DNA of 64,000 bases from Schmidtea polychroa (GCA_044892525.1 CM097885.1:36828001-36892000); one strand, 5' to 3'; shown: positions 1 to 14,350, counted from the stretch's first letter. Numbers and translations: made by a program. The notes: generated by a model not told the origin, from the letters alone.

Positions 1-2034
1 ATCAGAGTATTGAGAATCTTTGAATTTAATTTAAAATATAATTTAACTAAGCAAATGATTTTTTTTGTGTATTTTTCAATAAATTTAAACTGTTAAAACA
101 ATTTTTTGTCATTATAAACATATTTTTTTACTTATTTAAACATTTTTAGGTTTGTATAATGAGTTATTGTTCATCGTTCTAGGTAATTTATACCGTACTC
201 CAAAGATAATAATTAATTGGCGTGTATTTCGTTTATGAAGTTTAATCAACAATAATTGCATAACAAAATGTGTTTATAATTTTATTTATTAATTGAATAC
301 TGAATCTCTAGAATTTTAATATAACGATTTTTAACTTTAATTGTATAAATGTTATTTTCGTGTGCTTGAGTAGTATTCATTAGTTTTAATTAAATTAGTC
401 TTGCTTTTTCATATAATTTTTTATTCTTAATTATTTGATATGGATGAAGTAACTTGATTGAAACTTGTTGCCTGTAAATGTGTATGTGTTACCTTTTTAA
501 TATAACAAATAATGAATACACTCGGTTTTGGATTAACAGTAAAAACTAGAAAGAATGAAGAATAAGATAAACAACAAAGTTAAAGGAATGAAAGAACGTG
601 AGCAATAAGTAGTAAAGTAATTTGTAAGACAAATGATTCATAAAGTAGAAAACGGAACATAAACATTCTATCAGAAGTCCATGAACGCAGGATTGTCATA
701 TGATTAGTATTTTCATTTTTGAAGCTCAACCTTTGCTGACAATCACCCATTTGATACTAATACTAACGTCGTAAGCAATGCATGTCATGTGGTTTCCGTC
801 TTTGTCTTGCGAGTTGTATGGGAAGCAGTCGATAAGGATAAATAACCACCTACAAGTCCAGCATTAGCGAAATGTGTCACAAGAACCCAGGAAATTACCT
901 ACAAGTGCCCCAATCATAAATATTTTTGTACATGAAAAATACCATCATCGACTAGCAAATTTGCATATTTAACTTTTCAATTTTTGTTTACTTTTTATTT
1001 TACATGACAAAATTTTATTCTTTTGCAAATACTCTTTTTAAAAAATTTTCTAAATAATTGATATTAAATTTTCTACTAAATTGTTGTTTAAATACTCATT
1101 TAAAATGGATTACTTAAGATTTTTATACAAATTTCAATTTTACTTAATTTATACTAAGAGTAGAAATAAAAGCCCAAGTTCAAGGATTAGTACACCAATT
1201 GAAGTCCCTTGAAGTATTCATGACATTGAAAAGGATTCTATCAATCGAGGTAATGCAAATTTTTAATTTTTTTGCAATAATTATTTTAAATAATTTTTTT
1301 TGAATAATATCATTATTATTTTAGATTAGAAAAATGTTATGGATTTATTCATTATCAAGTATTGATGTTGCTTGATCGCATAACAATCTTTAAACCAATT
1401 ACTAGTCGTTCTACTAATTTTGGAAGTTGAGTTTAAAATATTTTTAAATGTTAGTTAAATAAAGAAGAAAATTAACTGACCTTTAAAAGATATTTTGATC
1501 ACTGAAAATTGGTTAGAAAGTTTGAAACTCTACTTATTATATTGAACATTATAAATAAAATTTAATATATTTTTATAATAAATTTTAACTTTTATATTAA
1601 AGATATTTAAAATATAGTGATGATAGATAATAATATAATAAATAATCTTTATAAATAATATTTGTACAAGTACCCAATAACAGATCTAATTATTGAATAA
1701 CTTTATTGACACTTATTATAACCAGTTATTGTCAAATAAAATAATCCTCTTCTCATAAAGAACTCTAGTTGAAAATTACCTAATTTCATTAGTTTTAAAA
1801 TATCAATATACTATTCGTCATTTATAAAAGAATTACCGTAAAAGTATTGATACTCATTCTAATATTGCCTAAAATTACTCAATGATATTAGTATTATCAT
1901 TCTAATAAATAATTTATCATCCTTTATAAAATAGTTACTATAAAACATTGATAAAATATTATATATTCCTTTACTCATTCTAATGTTAGTAAAAATTAAT
2001 TGACCACATAAAAACCCCCCATGTTGTATGATAG

Positions 2035-3300
2035 TGTTGGGTAGTCCTCCGAAATTTAAAATAAAACATACAATTCTCAGGTATACTAGACAATCAATTT
2101 AAGTTGAAAAAATCAGACTCACACAGACATGATTATTGTCGAATGGTTTATGCTCAGAACAGCTTATCGGAATACTAACTCATGATCATTCTCTTACGAC
2201 AGGACACCCATGGTTTCCCACGTTGGTAATGTGTCAAGTCGGTGAATCCCACAGGGAAAGTGAGCCCCTACTTAGGACTACTCTCCTATAGTGATTCTCA
2301 ACGGGTTCTTGACAGCCGATAGGTCTTAAGTCATTTTATCCTTTCCATTCATTGGTCCTTATTATGGAATTCAGATGAAATGTTGTCGATCAACTGGCTT
2401 TGTCAGACCAGTAACCATAGAAACAAACGTCGCTTTTTTAGTGCGAGATATATAGGAAATTTGCGAGGACCCAGCAGAGTAAATATAACTGTCTCGGGAC
2501 AGCTGGAGTGATTGTATGTTTAATAAATTGTGTATGTAAGACAGAAAAAAATAAATAACAAAATAACTGAAAATATAACGAAATAGTTTTAATTGACTAA
2601 ACTTTTATTTAACTCAAAATAAAAACCTTAGAATTCGGAATTGTTTAATAAATGATATTGTGGGATTCTTCCTTTGTCTAAGGTCTAGCAGCGTAATCTC
2701 AGGATCGACCGTAATTTGATCTAAATTCTAGAATGGTTCGACGTTTATATATGGATATCTTCTTGAATCTGAATATTGAATCACGAATCCTTTGAAATTA
2801 GTAAATTCTAAAACTTATATTGTCGAATGAATAAATCAGTGAATGTCTTTTGGAATATTCTTTTTGATTTGATCTTTTTCTCGGATTTTATTATAAATTT
2901 CAGGTTGTGAATTTCGATTCTTTTTTATTGATTTTTTTCCGTTTTTTGGATTATGTAATTTTACTGTAGTGATAATTTACTATAGTAAATTATCGATATA
3001 TAGTTTTTTTTAAATTTCCTTTCCCCGACGTTACGGGAACGATAATGATCGTTAAAAAACAAAACCTAATTGAGTTATTGTTGAAAACAACAATGACGAT
3101 AAAAATAACAATCTACTACAGTCCTCAACAGTTAAATTTATCCGCTGCACTCAAATCATTCATCCACTCATCATCATTCTAATATAGAAGCATATTCACA
3201 GAAGACAGATAGGTTAGGAAGATAGGTTAGATGGCGCGCACTAGATGACTCGACCAGGTGATGATTTTAGAAACAATTATTAATAATAATAGAAAATTCA
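2035..3300 (-). mobile_element. Partial LTR unit E of the large-LTR family (3' end present, 5' end not found)
   Basis: Minus-strand 3' end ...CTACCCAACA at 2035. The family RNA motif is at 2198-2330 and a TATA-like TATATA lies near 3000. The right boundary is approximate. Confidence 0.55.
2198..2330 (-). ncRNA. Conserved structured RNA motif, copy E
   Basis: Reverse complement: AGTCCT-AAGTA-GGGGCT-CAC inside an outer stem, then GACAC-ATTACCAA-CGTGG-GAAA-CCATG-G-GTGTC. Confidence 0.7.
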
Positions 3301-3585
3301 ATTTACTACATTAATTCTAAATGAGCTGAATTATGGTAACCATATTACTTATAACAGCATATGGTTTTCATTAAGGCATCCAGTACCGGACCATTTACTG
3401 ATTTTTTGATCCCGGGATCCCGGTGCCAGCACCGGGACTGAGCGAAATTTCAAATTTTTTACCTAAAATTTAAAAAACCACACATATTTTTTAATCCATT
3501 AATAAAACACAGTTGAAAACAATAATAAATGAAATTAGGTAAAAATAAAGGAACTCAAATTGACAGTTTTTGTTTGTTTATTTAT

Positions 3586-5323
3586 TCATTTAGCTTCCAT
3601 TTTGAAATATCCTCTTAATAAGGTCAAAATGTCTGTGCTCTCATCACGTAAGTCTGATCTTATTTTGGTCACCGTTTTTCCGCACCCAGAAAACACTCAT
3701 TTTAGTTCTTCGCTTGTAGGGTGTATTGAATTCAAATTTCCGTAACAGCTCTCAAGATTAGCTCCACGTTTACCTTAGACTTCGCAAATGGCCAATTCTT
3801 TTTTCACAATGTTTGTTACATCTTTCGCTGTTTATGATTTGGAAATTATTTTGGAATTCATTTACTTATCGATGGCTCTGGCGAGCTTCTCTTGCAAGGA
3901 CAATTGCGATTCGACTTCTCTTCAGCTGCCTCACTGTCCGATTCGGATTCAAATGACTCATTGCGATCAACTGGCTTTATCAGACCAGTAACCATATAAA
4001 CAATCGTCGCTTTTTTTAGACGTTCAAAATTTAAGAGAGGATCCAACTCCAATTCGTCATAATTTTGGTTGCCTTTGTGCCAATATTGAAGCAAACTTGA
4101 AACTTTCGTTCGGCGTTGATTCAATCGACGTGAAAGTGTTTCCTTCAGCCGAACGACTAAGTGACTGCTGCCAAAATTATTTATCATGAATGAAATCGTT
4201 CTATCAGATGACAACAGTGTTGTGTCACGACGACTAAGTGCTTCCACAGCTAACTTTATTGGCTCAAGTGTTGTTACCAAATTTTGAATCATGTTAAGTT
4301 CTTCAAATGAAATACTTGAACCAAGATCAATCAACGATTTTCAAATGCAGTTTTTAACTTTATGGAAATTTTCCAGCATAGAAAGAAGACTGTTCCATCG
4401 TATCTTTACATCAACTGAATTTCTTTTCCGAATTCTGCTTTTATGTATTTCTGGAGAATGTCGTTTTTTGTCGGAGATCGACGAAATAACTTGGCATCAG
4501 ACCGTACTTTACCGATGAATACATAAAGCTCATCCGTAAGTTCTGGCACATCTTCTTTGCAAACAATTTGAAATCCGTTATATTCTCCTTCGTTGTCTGA
4601 ATCGCTGTCATCGTTATCATCAATCTCTTCAATTGAGGTAAAGCTTTTTTGTAAAGGAAATCCACAACCGCCAGATGTATTCCATGTGCTAAACATAGTT
4701 GTTGCTCGCAAGAAAGCAATTTTCCCTCTTTTACCATTACAGCGGCACCATCCTTCACGGTGCATACAATATTTCGTGTAAATTTAATTCGAAAAACTCC
4801 AGCTTTTCTTCAGTAAGTTTGATGCAGCTTTCTGCCGGCAAAGATCCACACACTCAAACCAGTCCTAAATTCCAAAATTTATTTTGAATGTGCACAAGAT
4901 TCAAATATCGACGGTTCTTGAATGAAATCCATTCGTCAAAGCTGACGGTGAATTTCTTCCGACACTTCAAGTTAAGTAATTCAAGCTTTTATTTTTGGTG
5001 AATCATTCGACCATACTTCATGACCATGGTCCGAATAGTACTAGCTGCTTTTGGTATGTCAAATCCACGAGCCGAGAATGATATGCGTTCCTTCACCGAT
5101 GTTATAAAAAAGCTGGTCTTTAGACCTGATTTATCACGATGGAGGCAGTTGCTTATGATGGCCGCTTGTCGATCCGCCCGTCGTTTTCAAAATTTCATGA
5201 CATTTTTTTTACACTTGGCAAACTCGCCAAATTTAGCACGTAAAAATTATTCCCACACTGAAGTTTTTTCAATCAGATTTTGGCTACATTCTGCAAAATT
5301 TTGGATGTTGTTTTTTCAGACAT
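3586..5323 (-). pseudogene. Degraded hAT (Ac/hobo-like) transposase
   Basis: BED-finger remnant (SVWE..F..AKCKK..ILKTTGGSTSG), FDEW, CLAHGIHLAV (CxxH), LEPIKLAVEALS and a C-terminal HPTS...TKIRSDL. Several stops and frameshifts; TIRs not resolved. Confidence 0.85.
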
Positions 5324-6152
5324 AGCTGTTCGCTGCTGAATAGAAGAAAAAGCAATTAAATAATATTCTTTCTGTTAAATTGATTAAATTAATTAAAATA
5401 ATTGATTAAAACATACTCTTTCTCCAAACAATCAAAAGACAGGCAATAAATTTGACTGGTTTCACACTTATTAGCTATTCTGATTTAAATGTAGATAATT
5501 TTGCAAATTTTGAATATCATCAAACAAAACGTTTTGATAATGGAATAAAGTAAAAAAATGCATAAAACAACTAAGATATTCAAGATTATTCATGTCCATT
5601 TTTCACTCATGTCATTCATATAGGAAGTTTCATTCTCATTTACCAAAAAAAACTGCATAGAAATTATTCTCAAAAGCTGCCTATCATTCAAACTTTTTGA
5701 TAATAGATTTAAAATTATCACTTTAATTTTAAAATTTAACCCAATAATTTACTTTAATTGAATCTTTAGACCCTTAATTTACTTTATTTTTAATTATTAC
5801 TACCAATTCTCATCATCTTTCTAAATTTATTATTTAGTTTTAAAATTTAGCCTTTTTATTTAATTATTTATAAAACATAACCCTTATTTACTATTATTTA
5901 TTATTATTAGTAGTGGTTAATTGAAATTTGTCTTTGAAATTAATTAAATATAAATTTGTATTTAATTTTGACTTGGAAAATTATTTCATAAAAATTTCCA
6001 TTTAAATTTGACTTCTCAAAAGCTGACTATCAATCAAACTTTTTGATAATAGATTTAAAATTATTACTTTAATTTACTTATTTAAAATTCTAGACCATTG
6101 ATTAGTTAATTTTAAAAATTTAGCCCTTAATTTACTTTCATTCAATTTTTAG

Positions 6153-6387
6153 NNNNNNNNNNNNNNNNNNNNNNNNNNNNNNNNNNNNNNNNNNNNNNNN
6201 NNNNNNNNNNNNNNNNNNNNNNNNNNNNNNNNNNNNNNNNNNNNNNNNNNNNNNNNNNNNNNNNNNNNNNNNNNNNNNNNNNNNNNNNNNNNNNNNNNNN
6301 NNNNNNNNNNNNNNNNNNNNNNNNNNNNNNNNNNNNNNNNNNNNNNNNNNNNNNNNNNNNNNNNNNNNNNNNNNNNNNNNNNNNNNN
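6153..6387. other. Assembly gap (235 N)
   Basis: Run of N. Confidence 1.
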
Positions 6388-6786
6388 GGTGAATTTACTT
6401 TTTGATTTTTTTTTGGTTTCGACGTTAGGTATGAGGTTCAATTCCAAGTATGGGCGACTTTTCAAAAATTAATTTTTAACCGTTATTTTTAATACAGATC
6501 GAATTGCTATAAATTGAAATTTTCATAAAAATCGGTTAATGATTTTTGCTTAAAGGTTCATAGTATTTTCTCACCTACTGGTATAAAATGCAGTAATCAA
6601 TCATTAAATAGACCATTTGGGGATTTATTTTATTATAATTTGTGATTTCATTAATTATTTTATGTTGTACCCTTTAAATAACAATAGAAAAATTTCATCT
6701 ATTGACCATTTTTAATATAAGGTATGCAAACGTTATGAAATGTATAAAAGAAGGAAAATGATCCATTTATAATACATAGAAACTAT

Positions 6787-7456
6787 TAGTAGTAGTAGCT
6801 GTCGCTGTCACTGTCGTGGTCGTGGTTGTGGTTGTGGTTGTGATCGTGTTATGGTCGTGGTTGTATTTTAGCATTGGTCGTACTCGGTTGTATTAATAGT
6901 CAATAGTACTGGATGTTTACATAGAGTAGTACTAGTAGTCGATGTGTGTGTGTTGTTGTATGAATAGTACTGGATCCTCACATAGAGTAGTCAATAGTAC
7001 TGGACTCTCACATAATAGTAGTCGATGTGTGTGTTGTTGTTGTATGAATAGTAGTGGATCCTCACATAGAGTAGTCAATAGTACTGGATCCTTATATAGA
7101 CCACCAGTGTCCTAGATGTGTGTGTTGTTACAGTTAGCAACCAGTGACCACTAAGTATGACGACACAGTTACCATGGACAGTATATTGAGTCATCAATAA
7201 GTGGTCAGTTAGTAACAGGTTTGTACATGACGTAATTAGCACGCGAGTGGTAAGTTAGCAACAATGTATATATGACGTAATGGTCACACGGGTGGTCAGG
7301 TAGTAACAATGTATATATGACGTAATGGTCACACGAGTGGTCAGTTAGAAACAGTGTGTTTATTACGTAAAGGCCAGTTAGCAACAGTATATGTATTACG
7401 TAATCACAATACCCCCCCCCCCCCCCTTGTATCTGACGGGCTCACATCCTACTACT
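6787..7456 (-). repeat. Tandem repeat block, possibly a Polinton/Maverick terminal repeat
   Basis: GTGGTT microsatellite, AATAGTACTGGATCCTCACATAGAGTAGT repeats (6900-7100), five ~45-nt units each with TGACGTAA or TTACGTAA (7228-7403), a C15 run, then ACTACT (AGTAGT on the minus strand). Confidence 0.5.
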
Positions 7457-10363
7457 ACCTTTTACTATCTTTTGAATTTTGCAATATTCCTTTTTGGTAA
7501 TTACATCTTTTTAAATTTAACAACTCCAACTTAATTTTATTAAAAAGTTCCATACATTTTAATGCGACGTAGTTACTTCGTGAATAGAAAGCGTGCTTGC
7601 CAAATTTTGGCAATTAGAATTCCGATTGCTACATAATTGCTGATGATAATCATTTTAAAATAAGTAACAGCAAAAACAAAACACACTATTTCCAGAAATC
7701 TTTGTACAATATCATCATTTGATATTTTTATAGTTATAATCATCGATTACTGAAACTACATCAATCGTAGTAGTTGACGTTGAAGGCTCGATATGTTGCA
7801 CATGGAATTAGTTTTTGGAATCCATTTTTGTACAAATCAATCTTACAAAGTGCTAATCAGCTGATATTCATAAATTGATATCGATAAACCCGAAAAAGTC
7901 AAACAAATGAGTGTTCAATTAAGGCTAAATTCTTATAAGCCTATCTATCTCAACTCTTTTTTTTCTCTTCCCTCTGATCATAAATTTAATCTCTAAATGT
8001 ATACTTTCCCACCCTGTCTTGGCCAAATCATATAAATTCTCTGAGATCAATATTAATGGTACTCTGTTGTTCTCTTAGTAAATTCCGGTATATTAGGACC
8101 CTTAATTTAATTTACCTAAAAGAATTTCATAGTTTGAATTTGATCTTGCTTCAATAATTGCATTATTACATTATTCAACTTTTGATAGCAGTATCAACAG
8201 ATATTTTTTAGATGTTAAGCAATTGTAAAAATTTAGAAAAATAAATTTAAAAGGAATAGCTCGATTGAATATAAATTTATTTATACAATTTGATTAAGAA
8301 TTGGTTTTGAGAATCAATTCATATTGCGCAATTGAATTGAAATTGGAAATCGTCATCTTTCCTCCTAGAATATTTTGTATTGTCATGTAACTTTCAAATT
8401 CTCGACTATTTAAACAATTAACATTTCTCTTTTTTATCTTATACATTTTAAATAATTTAATATAAATAATTAATATGAAATTTAAAAAAGACTTAAATTA
8501 ATTGTACAATATATGACCAGCATAAATGGTAATTTAATAATGATTCCATCTTCTTATTTTTGTTGCTTCTAGAATTGACTTTCGAGCAAAAGGATCGCCA
8601 CAAATCTGTGTTTAAATCTAGATTTTATGCTTTTGATATCCTTAATTTCTTTTTTTAAACTTGTGAAAAAGTGGACTCTAATTCTGGTAATGCCAAGATT
8701 CATTAATAATTTAGGGATCTTCATAAAATTATGACAATTCTTACAAAATATCTATCTCGTTCATGAGCTTTGTCTGATCTTTGAAAATTATATATTGAAT
8801 TTTCTGTACAGTACTTTTCAAATGGCAATCCTAAGTTAAATACAAGCTTCAATAGCAATTAGAATTTGCTTATCTAAATCAAAAGTTGAACATAAAAATA
8901 CCCAAAACTACAATCGATAGTAATATATTTTTATTTCTGTCCTGTTCTCTAAAGCGGGCAAGTGCTAATTAAAAGCTAAAATCTCCCTAGTAATGAGGTT
9001 TTTCCATTCATGTATTTAGAGTTTTAAATTCTTTAACTAGACAATCCCAATTCCTTTTGAAAATGAAGTCATGTAGCAGTCATCAACCTTTTCAATCACG
9101 ACTAATGACTCGTTAGTTTTCGAATTTCAAAATAAAATATCTAACATGAGTTTATGCCTGAACGAAGCTTTCTGATTTTTGGTTAAAACCTATGTAATTT
9201 TTCTTAGTCCAGATAAAGATGAATGTCTTCATCCCATTCAAAATCGAAATTGGTCCTTCGCTTATTATTTTCTTGTAATGGTCGATATGTATAATAATTA
9301 ATGTGGAATAGTTATTATAAATAACTTATTCTTTCCGCTATCAATAGATTGTTAGAAATAAAAATTTATCAAACTTCATGAAATCCATAAGGGAATTCTC
9401 ATGAAATTAAAAAGAAAACTTGTGTAGTAGTAGTTATGGTAAAAACAATTTTTCTCATAATATTTGACTCTTTCTAATCCATTTAAAAATTACTTTCTAA
9501 ATGAAAAATCCCCTACACACAAATATCCAATTAAATTACATCAAATTCAAAAAATATTCAAGTAGCTACACATAAAAATTGTAAAATAATGAAATAAAAA
9601 CAATATAAAAGTAAATTATATAAAATTCATAAAAAATTAATTTGAATACAAAAATTGGACTACATCGAAATTGATTCTGAATCATACTTTAAAAGTGCCA
9701 TCGAAATCCGAAGTAATTTCAGATGAGGAATTAATTAATATTTGAGCGAGCATAGGTAAAGAAATATAATACATTATGTGTGTTAAGATTGTGAAAACGC
9801 AAGATCAAATTATTCCGGTAGAAATAGTAAACTGTGATACCAAACTAGTCCAGTTAAAACTGAAAATGAAGTTGGTTAAGTTATCCAAATTTCAACCTGA
9901 AGAAAAACGGAAGCTTTTGGGAAAAATAAAGATTTACAAAGAAACTCAAGTCAATTATTTCAACTTAGCGGAAATTCAAAAATAAAAATAAAAAAAAGTT
10001 ATTATGTAAATATCCAGATGTATTCTTAAAAAAACCAATATTGAACACGAGAATATTGAATTTTACTGGTTGGATTTAAAAGAAAATAAGTTTATTAATT
10101 AAAATAAAATCCGTAACTATCCACTCACTTTCGCCATATAGAAACAAGTTTGTTAATTCCAGCAACATAAAAATCAGGAATTGTGCCCATTTCAGCATCA
10201 CCTTGGGTTTTGAAGGATTTCTTAAGCAGGAAGTTGCTGAGATGTTTGAAGAAATGGAAATCCGTTGGCCCCAGGTGTGATGAATAAGATGATTAGACAA
10301 ATTTTCGTATCCAAACTTGTTTTTTTATTAATATTTTGTCTAATTTAAGTAGTAAATTATAAA

Positions 10364-10469
10364 CGGCGAGCGTTGCCATGTAGAAGTATCGGGTCCTTTC
10401 TGGAGACTAAAGCTAGCCACATACACTGAAGTTTATTATACATTTCATTGATTTCCCGAACGAACAATC
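10364..10469 (-). pseudogene. Short mariner transposase fragment
   Basis: Translates REINEMYNKLQCMWLALVSRKDPILLHGNARR, matching mariner EIDEMHxKL...LVNRKGPILLHDNARP. Confidence 0.6.
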
Positions 10470-10699
10470 GCCTTGTCTAGAGATGTCAATTATCCGGATA
10501 TCAAATAGCTTAAACATGAAATATCCGGATATCCGGATACTATTCGGATATTTGCCATTTCTGAAATTTAGAAAAAAAAATCAAAATATTTTAGTTTTTA
10601 AGTTCATTTTATTTAATTCAAGAAAAAGAAAGTATATAATAATATAGTTTTATTATTTTTAATCATTATTAATTTATTATTCATTATTGAAATAATATT

Positions 10700-12515
10700 T
10701 CAAGAATACCAAAGCGTTCAACAATGGAAACTGAAGTCTACTTCTTAATTTTGTTGCTAGTGGAGGTTGGTTGAATCGTATTAAGAGCATTCAAAAGTTT
10801 TTCTAAGTTGTGAGTTAGTTTTCCATTGCCTTCAAGAAGTTTAAATTCTTTTTGTAAAGAGTCAAAATTATTTTTTTGAAATTTTGTTGGATTTTCACTG
10901 CTCATGGAAGCTATAGATTTTTTTAATTCCATAACCAATGTAATCGGTTCGCAAATTTCATCCTCAGATCCGGACGAAGACACATGATTTTCATCTTCTG
11001 GAATTGCATACAATCGACTCATTGTATCTTTTGCATAGGCATAGATTGCTGGTTTCGAAGCATATGTAATATCGTCAAAATTATCATCTCGGGAGATTGA
11101 TGAATTTTGTAGAAATTTCATCAAAGATACTACTTCTTTATTTCTTCGTTTTAAAATTTCTGTTTTTACTTACGTCAACATTTCATTGCTCAAATCTGAA
11201 TCAATATCGTGTAATTTTTTAAACATAAATTTAAAAACACCTTCGCTAGATAAAAGTGTTGCTTGTTCGTTACTCAACTCTTTTACACCTAATTCAAGTG
11301 GTTTTAAGATATTTAACATATTTTCTAGGATTACGAAATTTTGTTCATTGTAATATTCTTTTTCCGTTCCTAATAAGTCAATCAATGATTGTTTAATACA
11401 TTTTTTTAACTTTAGGAGTCGCTCAATCATAGGGACCAATGAGTTCCACCTGGTTTTGCAATCCAACAGTAAATGTAATTCTTTTTTTTCTTGATCCATA
11501 ACATATTTTTGAAGAACATTTTTTCGAACACCAGAAAATTTAAAAAATTTTATAAGCCTCCGTGATTCAGATATAACAACATTAATGTCAGGTCTCATAA
11601 GTATATTATTAACACCAGTATTATCAAATCCTAAATTCATATTTTCGTGTTCAATATCACTATTTTCATAATCATAATCAGAATCGTTTTCAGACTGCTC
11701 ATCAAATTCGATATTATTTTCATCATCAGATGTCGTAACCGTTCCTGTTTTTTTATAAAAAACACCAATCACGGCCAAATGAATGGCGTGATTGTAGCAC
11801 AATTGACTGATTTCAGAAATATTTCGTCCATACTTCTGCATAAGAGCAGCACCATCATGCGTGGAGGCAACAATATCTGAAAACTGAATACCGAATTCTA
11901 AAAGTTTATCTTTCACTATTTTTTTAGTTTTTTCAGCGTCACAAGATCCATCGATTTTTGCCAATCCTAATTTATAACAGATACTCTTGCTATGTAGTGT
12001 AACATTCATATAACGCTTCATATTTATGTCCGTCCATTCATCGACTGTAATACTGAATTTTTGTTCATTGTTTTTTTTGTATTTAGATTGTTTTTAAGTT
12101 CTTCTCGTTTCTGTTCGTAAAACTGAATTATAAGTTTTTTAACTGTGTTTCGACTACGTGGCATTTCAAATCCTCTTTTATGTATAAATTCTCTAATTGC
12201 TGATGAATTAGTTATTGCGTGGATTGAAAATCCATCTTTTGCAGCACATTTTGCTAATAACTCACCTAAGCTTTCTCTCTTAACAAACTTTAAAATTTGT
12301 TGTGAATTTACAATTTTTGAAGATTTGACACTTGTAGTTTCTTCTTGATTCGACGTTCTTTTGTTGATATAAATTTCATGTCTTTTCAAATGATTTATGA
12401 GTGGAGTTGTAGAAGATCCTTTACATTTGATATTATTACCACATTTTCTACATGTCGCCTCCTCAGAACTATGTTTTTCAAAGTGAATCCAAACCTCCGA
12501 TTTTTTTGAAGACAT
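10700..12515 (-). pseudogene. hAT transposase (BED finger + DDE + hATC), disrupted
   Basis: SEVWIHF..CRKC..STTPLINHLKRH, THDGA, CYNHAIHLAV, CKTRWNS and IQPTS. Frameshift near 12040, stop at 11170. A 57-nt 5' intron (GTATGT...TTGTAG) lies at 12588-12532. Confidence 0.9.
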
Positions 12516-12732
12516 TATTATAACGATAACCCTACAAAATACAAACTAATATATAAATTTTTAAAATTTTAAATATATTCATACATACCTTTAATTTGAT
12601 TTAAATTCGTTTTTCAGCACAGAAATACCACCAAAACAAAGTGCACTGCACAACTAACTCTGATTTGATTTAAATACGAGTAAAACAAAAATCTCTAAAT
12701 GTAATGTTAGTGCACAGCCAACTCTGATTATA

Positions 12733-13213
12733 CAGGGTTTTTCACCGTATTTTGACATTGTGTCATCGTATTTTGACATTGTGTCAACCAATTTTGACAT
12801 TGTGTCACCGTATTTTGACAAATGAAAAATTTTTTAATACACCCTTAATGGTCAATCAACATATCAATAATAATGATCGGAAAAGGATTTTGGATGCGTA
12901 TTTAAATGGACATAACGCGTCTGAAATTTCCAAGATCCTTGGCTTCAGGAGAACCAGTATATATGCCATTATTAAAAACAATTTATTCCAAATTCGACTA
13001 TATTTGTTTTTTTAATTAAAAATTGTGAAAATACCAATATAATGTTTTTTTTGATTTAATTGTTGTAAATGACTTTTTTAACTATAAGAAATAAAATATT
13101 TTATATAAATAATTCATCTACAAATATTTATAATAGTTTTTTTACTTGTCAAAATACGGTGACACAATGTCAAAATTGGTTGACACATTGTCAAAATACG
13201 ATGAAAAACCCTG
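12733..13213 (+). mobile_element. Tc1/mariner deletion derivative (MITE) nested in the hAT
   Basis: Long TIRs CAGGGTTTTTCA.CGTATTTTGACA..., TA on both sides. It retains a paired-like HTH start: MVNQHINNNDRKRILDAYLNGHNASEISKILGFRRTSIYAII. Confidence 0.9.
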
Positions 13214-13394
13214 TAAAATTCAAATTTTTGAAACGATAAAAATTTACTTTTTCGAAAATCAAATATCCGGATAATTGATTCAAAATATCCGGATTTTGAA
13301 TTATCCGTAATTCAGAAAATATCCGGATAGTTCAAACCGAATATTATCCGGATTGCCATCCCTAGCCTTGTCTGATTTCCGGAAACTCTGCTGA

Positions 13395-14350
13395 ATTAGC
13401 ATCACAGAACACAAACACTTTCAAACCATATATTGCAGGTTTATTAGTTATATATTGAACAAAACTGCAGCTAAATGCTATAAACATATCGTCCTGTAGT
13501 TAGATATTGCAATTCTTTATAATATACTCTTTTATAACCCGAATAGCAGCTAATTTATCAGTTTTTTCGTCTCTGGTGTTTTTATCATCAAATCGTATTG
13601 CGGGTAGTAAGAAAAGAAATCGTCCATAACTCATATATATACTTGGAATATTTGCGATCCTGCACCATCATTATCCTACAATTCTATAAAGTGAGTATGA
13701 TTTTGTTTTGCATACCGCTAATAATATCATACCGATAAAAACTAACAATTCTGTTTTTGTAGTATCTTTTGTATCTCTTTCTCTACTATAGTTTGACCTA
13801 AGTTTTGCAATTTGTAACTTTGTACATTGAACGACTTTCGCTAGTAATAAATTTTATGAATGACAAAAGTTTATTAGAAATATCCCTGGAATTGTATTTA
13901 TTATATTTCTTGAATTTGTTTTTGCGAATTTAGATACAACTTGACTTTTATTCTAAATAGTTTTCTTGTTCTTAACCACAAGTTTGTCATCATTTATGCT
14001 GGACATTGCTGCTAATAAATCCCAATCGCATCTTTCTTCCGAATTTGTATCATGTTAACTTTCGTGTACAGTTTCATCTTCTGAAATGTCTGATGCAAAG
14101 CGAAATTCTTCCTCAGAAGCAGAATCGCTTATAACGGAACAAACGGCTTCCAGTTCTGCGCCTGCAATTCTGCAATATAAAATTGTATTGTATAAAGTTA
14201 AATAAACGAACAATTTAAAGCAAATTTAGCTAAAAGATATACTCAGTTATTAGAAAGATTCTGTACACATATTACAGGTTAGCATGCATATGAGACAAAG
14301 AAAGTTATGATGTGTTTACCGCATGTGGTGTATAAAACACTAACGCCAAT
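13395..14350 (-). pseudogene. piggyBac transposase remnants
   Basis: MSYGRFLFLLPAIRFDDKNTRDEKTDKLAAIR and SFVQYITNKPAIYGLKVFVFCDA; a Cys-rich tail-like CGKHIITF..C near 14300. Confidence 0.8.

Larger units (their letters stand above)
10478..13364 (-). mobile_element. hAT DNA transposon, complete ends
   Basis: Imperfect TIR TAGAGATGTCAA / TTGCCATCCCTA, 8-bp TSD GCCTTGTC (10470-10477, 13365-13372) and subterminal TATCCGGATA repeats. Confidence 0.95.

Noticed and set aside
1150-1430. Host-gene exons with GT/AG boundaries
   Set aside because: Frames contain stops and no recognisable protein.
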